A DNA stretch of 32,000 nucleotides from Candidatus Methylomirabilis oxygeniifera (GCA_000091165.1 FP565575.1:2040001-2072000), one strand, 5' to 3'; shown: positions 16,755 to 26,414, numbered from the stretch's first letter. Program-made: numbers and translations. Notes: generated by a model from the letters alone, not told the origin.

Positions 16755-17034
16755 AGGTTCTTCGCTCCGAAGCCGTCGCTTTACGGCAACTGATAATGCG
16801 GATAATCATGGTTCCTTCAGTCGCTTCGCGTTCTGTATGAATGACAAGCAAGATTTTATTGATGGCAGAAGTGCCGATGCTGAGATATCGCTCTTCGCTT
16901 GCCGAATGCTCTTCATCGGGGAAGGTAATCAGGAGTGGGTCATTGAAAACGGTTTTGGCCTCCTCAAAACTGACTTTGTGTTTTCTGAGGTTCTCTCTGG
17001 CCTTGTTTTCGCCCCATTCAAAAAGAAGTTCCAT
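16735..17034 (-). CDS. brnT: BrnT-family (DUF497) ribonuclease toxin
   Basis: FEWGENKARENLRKHKVSFEEAKTVFNDPL...DEEHSASEERYLSIG...LLVIHTER...IRIISCRKATASERRTYE is a typical DUF497 sequence. It is 99 aa. Confidence 0.85.
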   Translation of the reverse strand: MELLFEWGENKARENLRKHKVSFEEAKTVFNDPLLITFPDEEHSASEERYLSIGTSAINKILLVIHTEREATEGTMIIRIISCRKATASERRTYEEGED

Positions 17035-17175
17035 CGTCTCTGCTCGCAGGTCGTAGGGTAATCCATTCGCTGGTTTTTTTCAACCATACTGACCAGATGC
17101 CGTCAACTTGCAAGCTGCCGCAACTGTGACAAGCGGGCTAACAGCGCTGCGGATCAGCCGCAGGTGAACGCGCGA

Positions 17176-17412
17176 TCAAGCTCGCGTGGACGGCTGTCCG
17201 CTGCATCCGTCGGAATCGGCGGGCGACAGCGTGGCCTTGAAGTTGGTGATGGCCTTGTCCTGGAGCTGGAGGGCAGCCTTGGCCGCATGCAGGATGGCAT
17301 AATACGCGCGGGATACAGCATCGGCATAGAAGCCGTCTCGGCGGCACGGTTGGGCCGCGCCAAGGGCTTCAGCCGCTCGCCTCCACTCACCGATGACAAG
17401 GCTTCTGTTCAT
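17176..17412 (-). CDS. HEPN-domain protein, short (78 aa), probably frameshifted or decayed
   Basis: WRRAAEALGAAQ...GFYADAVSRAYYAILHAAKAAL matches the first two HEPN helices. The expected C-terminal half with the conserved Arg motif is missing from this frame. HEPN-like peptides (RELDRAF, RSPAAD) appear in the other two frames at 17138-17230. Confidence 0.5.
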   Translation of the reverse strand: MNRSLVIGEWRRAAEALGAAQPCRRDGFYADAVSRAYYAILHAAKAALQLQDKAITNFKATLSPADSDGCSGQPSTRA

Positions 17413-17714
17413 GCCACCCGCACCCCGTCACGCACGACTGCCCCGTAGAACGGCGAGCCACCGTGCCTTCGCAACGCCCATTCCTCCCGCGTATACACCA
17501 TGATTGATGGGACAACCTCGGACAGGATAGCCAGGCTGTGACCGATATGGCGAACTGCTCGCTTCCGATTCCTATCGCCTTCGCGAAGGATAATCAGCAC
17601 ATCCAGATCGCTGTCCGGTCCGGCATCTCCCCGCGCTTTCGAGCCAAAAATGAGGATGTCGTCAACAGGCCCGGAAACTGTTCGACCAAGGCCTTCCGGT
17701 AGGCGTTCAGCCAT
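17409..17714 (-). CDS. Minimal nucleotidyltransferase (MNT) domain protein, HEPN partner
   Basis: IFGSKARGDAGPDSDLDVLI is the GSxxRGxxxxxSDxD Pol-beta NTase motif. It is 101 aa and has a 4-nt overlap with the downstream HEPN ORF. Confidence 0.85.
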   Translation of the reverse strand: MAERLPEGLGRTVSGPVDDILIFGSKARGDAGPDSDLDVLIILREGDRNRKRAVRHIGHSLAILSEVVPSIMVYTREEWALRRHGGSPFYGAVVRDGVRVA

Positions 17715-18084
17715 ACCAGTTCTTCAGAAGTTAGCTTCATCACTTAACCTTACCTTCAAACGCCTGAGAGGTATCGCAGCTAAAGATGTGGGCAACGTGG
17801 GATACGGCAGGTTCACTGCCAACATTATATGGTTTCCGCCAATTAGGGTCAACGAGTGCTTCAGCATGACACTGAGAGATCGCTTAGGCCACGGGTAGGT
17901 TCCCCGCCTCCAGGTCCTGAGACAGCGAGGCAAGATAGTGATGGCGTTAAGTTCATACCCTCCCGCACATTTGGCCTTGAAGAATACGGCAAAACGTAAG
18001 ATGCTTAGGCAGTGGAATACTGGGAGGTCTTGTGGCGGCACATGGGGGTGCCAACGCTCATTGGGTATCTCACAGGAGGTCAAT

Positions 18085-18516
18085 ATGGCGGACGAGCAGC
18101 CAATCGTCGGGCGCACAAAACATGCAGAATTGACACTTGACCAGATCGCCGAACTGCAACCTGGGTTAGGTCAGTTAATGCCGCTGATGAGTGAACGCTA
18201 CTGGATCTGCTATTACGCCGCCAAGGGCGGCAATTGGGCACTGGCCGCTTATCAGCTCAACGGCCTGCGAAGTCTGTTCAAAAAGGCTAATACGACACGG
18301 CCAAAGTACAAAGCGATGCTCGAGAGCTACACTAAGACAATCTTCGACCCACTTGCGCTGCACATCCAGACCAAAAGCTTCGCCGAGTTCGAGAAGTGCT
18401 ACCTGCAGGGTATCGAACTGGCCAACAAGATGCACGGGTCTACTAATCACCCTGAGATTATCTGGAAGCTTCCGCCCACTCCTCCGCAACATCTGGAGAT
18501 GGGTCCGTGTCTGTAG
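18085..18516 (+). CDS. Hypothetical protein (143 aa, predicted helical, no family recognised)
   Basis: ATG 18085 is preceded by aggagg at 6 nt. The 49 upstream codons of the tracked ORF look non-coding. It lies 20 nt upstream of the M23 peptidase gene. Confidence 0.5.
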   Translation: MADEQPIVGRTKHAELTLDQIAELQPGLGQLMPLMSERYWICYYAAKGGNWALAAYQLNGLRSLFKKANTTRPKYKAMLESYTKTIFDPLALHIQTKSFAEFEKCYLQGIELANKMHGSTNHPEIIWKLPPTPPQHLEMGPCL

Positions 18517-18536
18517 AGTGTGGAACACGAATATCC

Positions 18537-19418
18537 ATGAAAAGATTGATCGCTCTTGCTGTAGCTCTGTTTGTCTGCGTGGCCTTCGAGTCGGTCGCTC
18601 AAGAGACGCCGCCGGATGGGCTGACGCTCCGTCAGGGAGACATGAAGATAGTGAAGGTTGCCGACGGCGCGAAAGCTTCAGACCTTCTGGGTGTCATAGA
18701 AATCGGCGGCGCATCCTCCGCTATCCCGATATTCAGCAAGGGGGGTGCGCTATACGGAATTGTCGCGGTGGATTTATACCAGCAACCCGGCGCATACCGG
18801 ATGACGGTGTATGAGGCGGCAACCAAACGAGCGTTATCGACGAAAACACTGATCGTCAAACAAGGAGAATTTGAGAAGAGCGTCAGCCCGCGCTGGAACA
18901 CACAGGTCTTTGGCCAAACCGATCTCGACAGAATCGCCAGAGAGAAAAAGGCGATTACTGAGGCTCTTCAGACCTCTTCACCTCTGCCACTCTGGCAGGA
19001 CGGAACGATCGACCCGATTGAAAAAACCGACCATACCGGATTGATGACGACCCCCTTCGGCCAGATTCGGATGAACCCTACCCAAGACTGGTACCGGTTT
19101 CATCGGGGAACCGATTTTCAGGCTCCAGAGGGCTTTGCGATACGGGCGATTGCCGCCGGAAAGGTCGCGCACCTCGGCCATAATTATCTCTTGGAAGGCA
19201 ATATTACGGTGATTGATCACGGTCTGGGGATCTTTTCTTCGTATCTGCATCAGTCGGCGTTTCTCGTGAAGGTTGGGGATGAGGTCAAGAAGGGAGATGT
19301 CATCGGACGGGTCGGGAGCACCGGCAACAGTAATGCTCCCCACTTACACCTTGCGCTCAGGATCGGCGCCGCGCTGGTCGATCCGACACAATTTATTGAA
19401 GCGATGCGTCAACCCTGA
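18537..19418 (+). CDS. M23-family metallopeptidase (peptidoglycan DD-endopeptidase-like), secreted
   Basis: Has the signal peptide MKRLIALAVALFVCVAFESVAQE and the M23 motifs HRGTDF (HxxxD) and NAPHLHLAL (HxH). The start was chosen at the signal-peptide Met. Confidence 0.88.
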   Translation: MKRLIALAVALFVCVAFESVAQETPPDGLTLRQGDMKIVKVADGAKASDLLGVIEIGGASSAIPIFSKGGALYGIVAVDLYQQPGAYRMTVYEAATKRALSTKTLIVKQGEFEKSVSPRWNTQVFGQTDLDRIAREKKAITEALQTSSPLPLWQDGTIDPIEKTDHTGLMTTPFGQIRMNPTQDWYRFHRGTDFQAPEGFAIRAIAAGKVAHLGHNYLLEGNITVIDHGLGIFSSYLHQSAFLVKVGDEVKKGDVIGRVGSTGNSNAPHLHLALRIGAALVDPTQFIEAMRQP

Positions 19419-19583
19419 ACACGTGATCTGCTCGCCGCCACGCTACATGAATCTGGTGATACCAATACCAATAGAAGAAATGGCATCGGCCGAACGCCTT
19501 CTATGTAAGAATTCCCGGGTGCCGGGTTGGGCGGGTAGTTGAACCTTTTCGTGTTATGAGGTGTTCTCGAGGACTTAGCAAAG

Positions 19584-19599
19584 TGGCACCGCGCTTGCA
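19584..19599 (+). promoter_or_regulatory. Sigma-54 (RpoN) -24/-12 promoter
   Basis: TGGCAC-cgcgc-TTGCA is an exact match to consensus TGGCAC-N5-TTGCA (GG-N10-GC spacing). It lies 73 nt upstream of ATG 19672. Confidence 0.6.
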
Positions 19600-19671
19600 T
19601 TTTTACGCTTGAGAAACCCCCTGCGGGTCGGCGGTTTCATTCTTGTTAACCCTAGCTGGAGGAGTGAAGCG

Positions 19672-20283
19672 ATGCAAGCGTTATATAGGAACCTTTTGGT
19701 AACCACTCTCTGTGTCGCTGTATCGGTTCTCATGTTTGACGGTGTCAGTCATGCGAATGGCGGCCACTCGGTTTCAAAGGTAAAGGTCAAGGTCAGGGCA
19801 GAGCTTGAACCGTTCGACACGTCTCCCGAACCGGATGCCGAGGGCCAGGCAAGGCACCATAAGGAGATCCGGAAGGGAGTAATAAAGAAAGACGAATTCA
19901 AGGGAATGGTGACCATTCCGGTTCCTTCACCCGACTTGGGAATTACGAGAGACAACGCAAAAAACGCTGATGTCCGCCTGATTCTGAGCCATGATACTAT
20001 CGACTATGCCGAGTGCCTTCTGAAGTTCGGCGGGTTCGAGGATGAGGATGACGATAGTGACGATGACGATGAGGCGGCTCAGGCGCATTTTAGGGTCCAT
20101 GTACGGACAAAGCACGGGGCTGCAGTCGCGAAGAAGGGTACGTGCGACATCAACTTGACTACAGTCGCCGTCGACCTGGGTGTTCCGGACGTACAGGACG
20201 GCGATCTGGCTACGATCACGCTTGTGACAGACTCTAATAATCGAGGCACGGATATAGATTTCCTGGAGGGCACCTTCGAGTAG
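19672..20283 (+). CDS. Secreted hypothetical protein with poly-acidic linker
   Basis: The RBS ggagg lies about 10 nt upstream. Has the signal peptide MQALYRNLLVTTLCVAVSVLMFDGVSHA and the internal run EDEDDDSDDDDE. No family is recognised. It is 203 aa. Confidence 0.6.
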   Translation: MQALYRNLLVTTLCVAVSVLMFDGVSHANGGHSVSKVKVKVRAELEPFDTSPEPDAEGQARHHKEIRKGVIKKDEFKGMVTIPVPSPDLGITRDNAKNADVRLILSHDTIDYAECLLKFGGFEDEDDDSDDDDEAAQAHFRVHVRTKHGAAVAKKGTCDINLTTVAVDLGVPDVQDGDLATITLVTDSNNRGTDIDFLEGTFE

Positions 20284-20330
20284 CACCATTGAACGTCCGA
20301 TTCTCTGAAGCTCCTACTGCTGGGCACAGC

Positions 20331-20368
20331 AAGGGGGCCGAGCGACAACCCGGCCCCCTTGTGCCTTT
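20331..20368 (+). terminator. Rho-independent terminator candidate
   Basis: A 10-bp GC-rich stem aagggggccg (20331-20340) / cggccccctt (20351-20360), followed by gtgccttttcc. Confidence 0.5.
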
Positions 20369-20386
20369 TCCGGACCCCAACTCCTC

Positions 20387-20416
20387 TTTACAATCCTCGA
20401 CTTATTATGTTATTTT
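20387..20416 (+). promoter_or_regulatory. Candidate sigma-70 promoter for yebC (TTTACA-N18-TATTTT)
   Basis: The hexamers were read directly. They lie 27 nt upstream of the ATG, which has the aaggagg RBS. The -10 match is weak (4/6). Confidence 0.3.
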
Positions 20417-20442
20417 TGCTCTACAGCTAAGGAGGTGAGCCT

Positions 20443-21192
20443 ATGTCTGGACATTCCAAATGGTCGGGCATCAAACACAAGAAGGCTAAGGTAGATGCCC
20501 AACGGGGTCGTGTATTTACCAAGTTGATCAGGGAGATCACAGTGGCCGCCAGGGCGGGTGGCGGCGATCCGGACGGGAATCCTCGCCTTCGATTGGCGGT
20601 CGAGAAGGCCAAAGCTGTCAACATGCCCCAGGACAACATCCAGCGAGCCATCCAGAAGGGGACAGGCGAACTCCCCGGCACCTCCTACGAGGAGTATATC
20701 TATGAGGGATATGGGCCGGGAGGCGTCGCGGTCTTACTGGAGATCGTAACCGATAATAAGAACCGAACCGCCCCGGAGATCCGCAAAGCGTTTGCCAAGT
20801 ACGGGGGCAACCTTGGGGAATCGGGATGCGTCGCCTGGATGTTTGATAAGAAGGGGCTGATTCAAGTATACACATCCGAGGCGGACGAGGATCGGCTGCT
20901 GGGCGTGGTACTGGAGGCAGGCGCCGAGGATGTTCGACGGTCGGACGACACCTTCGAGGTCATCACTGCGCCAAAAGACCTGGAGCGGGTGAAGGCATCA
21001 CTGACGAAGGAGAAGATCGGGATCGCCGAGGGCGAAGTGACCATGCTGCCCCAGAACACCGTCAAGCTGGAAGGAAAACAGGCACAGCAGATGCTCCAGT
21101 TGATGGAAACGCTCGAAGAGCATGACGACGTGCAGAATGTGTACGCGAACTTCGACATCCCGGACGAGATCATGGCTGCAGCGACCGGCTAG
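20443..21192 (+). CDS. yebC: YebC/PmpR-family DNA-binding transcriptional regulator
   Basis: [28 protein letters not shown]...NPRLR is an invariant YebC N-terminus. It is 249 aa. Confidence 0.93.
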   Translation: MSGHSKWSGIKHKKAKVDAQRGRVFTKLIREITVAARAGGGDPDGNPRLRLAVEKAKAVNMPQDNIQRAIQKGTGELPGTSYEEYIYEGYGPGGVAVLLEIVTDNKNRTAPEIRKAFAKYGGNLGESGCVAWMFDKKGLIQVYTSEADEDRLLGVVLEAGAEDVRRSDDTFEVITAPKDLERVKASLTKEKIGIAEGEVTMLPQNTVKLEGKQAQQMLQLMETLEEHDDVQNVYANFDIPDEIMAAATG

Positions 21193-21249
21193 GCCAGTGG
21201 TACGCGGTGTTGAACCATTGGATCGCCCAATAATCTCGATGGAAGGGCC

Positions 21250-21750
21250 GTGCTGGTCTTAGGAGTTGATCCGGGGGCCGGCGCGACCGGCTACGGGATG
21301 GTGGCTCGCAGCGACGGCGCATTGCGGGCTGTAGAATACGGCAGCATCATCACCACGCCTCGCGACCCGTTTCCCGCCCGCCTGCAACAGATCTACAGTC
21401 GTCTGGCTGAGTTGATCCGTTGTCATCAACCGGAGTGGGCAGCGATCGAAAGCCTTATCTTCGCGAAAAATGTACAAAGCGCGTTCAAGCTGGGTCAGGC
21501 GAGAGGGGTCGCGATTCTGGTTGCCGCGCAGAACGGGCTTACTGTCGCGGAATATAGCCCGCTGCAGATAAAAAGCGCTGTCACAGGATATGGCGCCGCG
21601 GGCAAATTCCAGGTCCAGCAGATGGTGCAGTCGCTCCTTGGCCTCAAAGAGCCGATCCGTTCGGCCGACGCGGCCGATGCGCTGGCCGTGGCCATTTGCC
21701 ACCATCATTCGGCCGGGCTCCTGCATCGATTGGGAGGCAGAGGACGGTGA
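21250..21750 (+). CDS. ruvC: Crossover junction endodeoxyribonuclease RuvC
   Basis: Has VLGVDPG (catalytic Asp), AIESLIF (Glu) and the C-terminal DAADALAVAICH. It has a GTG start. Confidence 0.92.
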   Translation: MLVLGVDPGAGATGYGMVARSDGALRAVEYGSIITTPRDPFPARLQQIYSRLAELIRCHQPEWAAIESLIFAKNVQSAFKLGQARGVAILVAAQNGLTVAEYSPLQIKSAVTGYGAAGKFQVQQMVQSLLGLKEPIRSADAADALAVAICHHHSAGLLHRLGGRGR

Positions 21751-22373
21751 TCGCTCAACTTCGCGGTCTATTGGCGTCCAAGGATCCCGGGCAGATTGTG
21801 ATCGACGTCAACGGGGTCGGCTACCAAGTCTTTGTTCCGCTTTCGACATTCTATCAGCTCCCGGAGATTCAACAGGAGGTGCACCTTCGCATCTACACGC
21901 ATGTCCGCGAGGATGCCATCCAGCTTTACGGGTTTCATGCGATCGAGGAGCGGATAACGTTCGAACTGCTGACAGGGGTCTCCGGAATCGGACCTCGCCT
22001 CGCGGCTAACATCCTGTCCGGAATCGCAGTGGAGGAGTTCATCCCGGCTGTCCTGGAGGGCGATACCGCAAGACTCAAGGCGATTCCGGGGGTGGGGCGG
22101 AAAACAGCCGAGCGGATCATCCTGGAGTTAAAGGACAAGGTCACAGAGGTCCCCTGTAGAGGTCGGGTCGTGGTCGACCGCCAGCCGAGCCCGGAACGAG
22201 ATCGGACCATCGAGGATGTCGTCTCCGCACTGCTGAACCTGGGCTGCAGTCGCAAAGAGGCCTCGGCGGCGGCTGAGGCGGCGCATCATACCGTCGGCGA
22301 TGGGACAGACTTTGAAACGTTGGTCAAGCAGGCCCTGAAGCATCTCTCCGAGAGGACGGGGAAGCGGCTATGA
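21747..22373 (+). CDS. ruvA: Holliday junction branch migration complex subunit RuvA
   Basis: (V)IAQLRGLL...[12 protein letters not shown]...[11 protein letters not shown]...[12 protein letters not shown]. The GTG at 21747 overlaps the ruvC stop. The tracked ORF start 21696 is inside ruvC. Confidence 0.9.
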   Translation: MIAQLRGLLASKDPGQIVIDVNGVGYQVFVPLSTFYQLPEIQQEVHLRIYTHVREDAIQLYGFHAIEERITFELLTGVSGIGPRLAANILSGIAVEEFIPAVLEGDTARLKAIPGVGRKTAERIILELKDKVTEVPCRGRVVVDRQPSPERDRTIEDVVSALLNLGCSRKEASAAAEAAHHTVGDGTDFETLVKQALKHLSERTGKRL

Positions 22374-23425
22374 CAACGGCGAAGCAAAAGCAGGAGAGCG
22401 GCCGGGAACGGGTGGCGAATCGGCAGCTTCAGGACGAGGATCAGGAACTCGAGCAGAGCCTGCGCCCGAAAGCCTGGGATGACTATATTGGCCAGGAGAA
22501 GGTGAAGGCAAATCTCCAGGTGTTCGTCCGTGGAGCGAAGGCACGAAGGGAACCCCTGGACCACCTGCTCTTCTACGGCCCTCCGGGGCTTGGCAAGACC
22601 TCTCTCGCCTTTATGATCGCCTCGGAGATGGGGGTAAATATCCGGGTCACCTCCGGACCGGTCATCGAACGGCAGAAAGACCTGGCAGCCATCCTCTCGA
22701 ATCTCAGGGAACAGGATGTCCTGTTCATCGACGAGATCCACCGACTGAATCCCCTGGTCGAAGAGACGCTCTACCCGGCCATGGAAGATTACCGGCTGGA
22801 CCTGATCATCGGTCAGGGCCCGAGCGCACAGAGCTACCGGCTGAAGCTGCCGCGTTTCACCTTGATCGGGGCCACGACTCGCGCAGGGCTTCTGGCCTCG
22901 CCCCTGCTCAATCGGTTCGGTGTCGTCCAGCGTCTGGACTTTTACAATGACGCCGATCTCTTCAGAATTGTCCTGCGGTCGGCACAGATTCTCGGGGTAT
23001 CAATCATGGAGAACGGCGCGTGGGAAATCGCGCGGCGCTCCCGTGGAACGCCTCGCATCGTCAATCGCCTGCTACGGCGCGTCAGGGACTTCGCCCAGGT
23101 GCTTGGGGATGGTGTCATCACCCGTGAAGTTGCGCAGAGCGCACTGGAACGGCTCGAGGTCGACACCAATGGGTTCGACGAGATGGATCGGCGGATCCTG
23201 CACACCATCATCGAAAAGTTTGCCGGTGGGCCCGTGGGAATCGAGACGCTCGCAGTCGCCGTGGGAGAGGAAAAGGATACGATCGAGGACGTCTATGAGC
23301 CGTTTTTGATTCAGCAAGGGTTTCTGGCCAGGACTCCAAGAGGCCGCACCGTCACTCGCCTGGCCTTTGATCACTTCAAGCTTCCACGTCCGGCGGAGCT
23401 GCAGGGCGAGTTGTGGCAGAGCTAA
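22370..23425 (+). CDS. ruvB: Holliday junction DNA helicase RuvB
   Basis: Has Walker [10 protein letters not shown], Walker [10 protein letters not shown], and the TRAGLL and RGTPRI motifs. It is 351 aa and overlaps the ruvA stop by 4 nt. Confidence 0.95.
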   Translation: MTTAKQKQESGRERVANRQLQDEDQELEQSLRPKAWDDYIGQEKVKANLQVFVRGAKARREPLDHLLFYGPPGLGKTSLAFMIASEMGVNIRVTSGPVIERQKDLAAILSNLREQDVLFIDEIHRLNPLVEETLYPAMEDYRLDLIIGQGPSAQSYRLKLPRFTLIGATTRAGLLASPLLNRFGVVQRLDFYNDADLFRIVLRSAQILGVSIMENGAWEIARRSRGTPRIVNRLLRRVRDFAQVLGDGVITREVAQSALERLEVDTNGFDEMDRRILHTIIEKFAGGPVGIETLAVAVGEEKDTIEDVYEPFLIQQGFLARTPRGRTVTRLAFDHFKLPRPAELQGELWQS

Positions 23426-23469
23426 CCGGAGCGCTCACTATTACTGGAGACAGGGGAGCAGTGCGGGGG

Positions 23470-23685
23470 ATGGATTCACTTGCCAGGACGTTGATCGTGT
23501 TCGGCCTCGTTGTAGCCGCCATAGGGGGACTCCTCCTGCTCATCGGTAAGATCCCGTTTGTCGGGAAGCTACCAGGGGACATCTATATCCAACGCAAGAA
23601 CTTCTCATTTTATTTTCCCCTCACGACCTCAATACTCCTGAGTATCCTCCTGACCATACTCTTTTCATTATTTCGCCGACGATGA
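23470..23685 (+). CDS. DUF2905-family small membrane protein
   Basis: LPGDIYIQRKNFSFYFPLTTSILLSILLT is the characteristic DUF2905 core. The family is commonly found next to ruvB. The start was chosen at the internal Met (MDSLART). Confidence 0.7.
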   Translation: MDSLARTLIVFGLVVAAIGGLLLLIGKIPFVGKLPGDIYIQRKNFSFYFPLTTSILLSILLTILFSLFRRR

Positions 23686-23719
23686 GCGGCGACAATGCCG
23701 CCAGGAGCTGACTCCTCCC

Positions 23720-24859
23720 GTGTCCATTTCGCTTCGGACAGTCGATTTTGACTACACCCTGCCCCCCGAGCTGATTGCGCAAGCACCCGTTCCTGAGCGC
23801 GATCGCTCGCGGCTCCTGGTTCTGGATCGGAACACAGGCGCCCTGCACGATCGAATCTTCCGCGATCTCCCGGAGTACCTCGTTCCAGGAGACCTGTTAG
23901 TCATCAATGAGGCGAAGGTGATCCCCGCCAGACTCTTCGGCCGATCCGAGCGGCGGCATCAGATCGAGGTGTTGCTTCTATACGAGGTTGAGGTCGATCC
24001 CGACATGGGCCCTGCCGGGACAGACCGCTGGGAGGCCTTAATCAAGCCGTCCAGGCAGGTTCGGATCGGCGACCGCCTTGCGTTGGCCGACGATACGATT
24101 ACGGCCGAGGTGATAGAGAAACGCGGCGAAGGACGCCATCTGCTCAAGCTTGTGTATGACGGAAGACTCGCCGACCTGTTGTGGCGCTTCGGTCGGATGC
24201 CGGTTCCGCCCTATATTAAAAGACAGGGTATAGGGTATAGGGTAGAGGGTTTAGAACAAGGCTTTCCAAGCCCTCTAGACCCTGGACCCTACCTCCTAGA
24301 CCCTAACACTTTAGATCGCGAGCGGTACCAGACGGTATACGCAAAGCATGAAGGGGCCGTCGCGGCGCCCACGGCCGGCCTCCACTTTACACCGGACCTG
24401 ATTGAGACGCTCACACGACAAGGTATCGCTGTGACCCCTATCACGCTTTTTGTCGGGCCCGGTACGTTTCGTCCTGTTCGAATGAAGGAGGTTGCACAGC
24501 ATCGGATGGAGCCGGAGCGCTATATCATTCCGGAGCAGACGGCCCTGGCGGTCAAGGCCGCCAGGAGAGAAGGACGGAGGGTGATCGCGGTGGGAACGAC
24601 GACCGTCCGGACCCTGGAGCATGCCACCGTCATGGGCGAGATACGGGCAGGGGTAGGCCTGACAGACCTCTTCATCTACCCGGGCTATCGGTTTACGAGC
24701 ATCGACGCCATCATTACCAACTTTCATCTGCCCTGCTCTACCCTCTTCATGCTGGTCTCGGCCTTCGCGGGCCGGGAGACGATGTTGGCCGCGTATCGCG
24801 AGGCTATCGCCAGGTGCTACCGTTTCTACTCCTACGGCGACGCGATGTTGATTGTATGA
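23720..24859 (+). CDS. queA: S-adenosylmethionine:tRNA ribosyltransferase-isomerase QueA (with about 27-30 aa in-frame insertion)
   Basis: Has FDYTLPPELIAQ.P, PPYI, YQTVYA...GAVAAPTAGLHF, AVGTT..R.LE and NFHLP.STL.MLVSAF..YRF.SYGDAM. It is 379 aa, against about 340-356 aa typical. Confidence 0.93.
   Translation: MSISLRTVDFDYTLPPELIAQAPVPERDRSRLLVLDRNTGALHDRIFRDLPEYLVPGDLLVINEAKVIPARLFGRSERRHQIEVLLLYEVEVDPDMGPAGTDRWEALIKPSRQVRIGDRLALADDTITAEVIEKRGEGRHLLKLVYDGRLADLLWRFGRMPVPPYIKRQGIGYRVEGLEQGFPSPLDPGPYLLDPNTLDRERYQTVYAKHEGAVAAPTAGLHFTPDLIETLTRQGIAVTPITLFVGPGTFRPVRMKEVAQHRMEPERYIIPEQTALAVKAARREGRRVIAVGTTTVRTLEHATVMGEIRAGVGLTDLFIYPGYRFTSIDAIITNFHLPCSTLFMLVSAFAGRETMLAAYREAIARCYRFYSYGDAMLIV
24224..24313. 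repeat. Palindromic TAGGGT-heptamer repeat element embedded in-frame in queA
   Basis: The left arm gggtatagggtatagggtagagggtttag faces the right arm ccctctagaccctggaccctacctcctagaccct. They flank a central hairpin ggctt-tcc-aagcc (24260-24272). The segment is rich in ata/agg/gta/tta/cta codons, unlike the rest of the gene. Confidence 0.65.
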
Positions 24860-24862
24860 TGA

Positions 24863-26047
<1,185 letters not shown>

Positions 26048-26072
26048 CACACGACACGGAGGAGGTCAGGAA

Positions 26073-26414
26073 ATGGGAATAGCGTGGGCGCAACAGGGGA
26101 CTCCAGCCGAAGCCGGACCTACAAGTATACTCCCGGTCATGCTCCCTTCGGTGCTGATATTCCTTGTCTTTTATTTCTTAATGATTCGTCCCCAGCAAAA
26201 GAAACAGAAAGAACAGAAGGATATGCTGGCGAATCTGAAGACCGGTGATCAGATTATTACTACCGGAGGCTTGTATGGCACGATTGTCAAGTTCGGTGAA
26301 GACAACAGAGTCAAGGTCAGGATTGCCGAAAACGTGACGGTTGAGATCGCCAGAAGCGCCATCACTGAGAAGCCTATCGGGACTACGGAGGTGGCGAAGG
26401 CCAAAAGCGATTAG
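26073..26414 (+). CDS. yajC: Preprotein translocase subunit YajC
   Basis: The single TM followed by FYFLMIRPQQKKQKEQKDML..LK.GD.I.T.GG..G is the canonical YajC pattern. It is 113 aa. Confidence 0.9.
   Translation: MGIAWAQQGTPAEAGPTSILPVMLPSVLIFLVFYFLMIRPQQKKQKEQKDMLANLKTGDQIITTGGLYGTIVKFGEDNRVKVRIAENVTVEIARSAITEKPIGTTEVAKAKSD

Noticed and set aside
17938-18084. Longer 192-aa version of the hypothetical protein starting at 17938.
   Set aside because: The 49 extra codons look non-coding (MMALSSYPPAHLALKNTAKRKMLRQWNTGRSCGGTWGC). A strong aggagg RBS precedes the internal ATG at 18085.
17724-18116. 130-aa minus-strand ORF and 82-aa plus-strand ORF (17650-17898) in the 370-nt gap upstream of the 143-aa gene.
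   Set aside because: They have atypical composition (Cys/Trp/Pro-rich), no RBS and no motifs, and they overlap the MNT start or the well-supported ATG at 18085.
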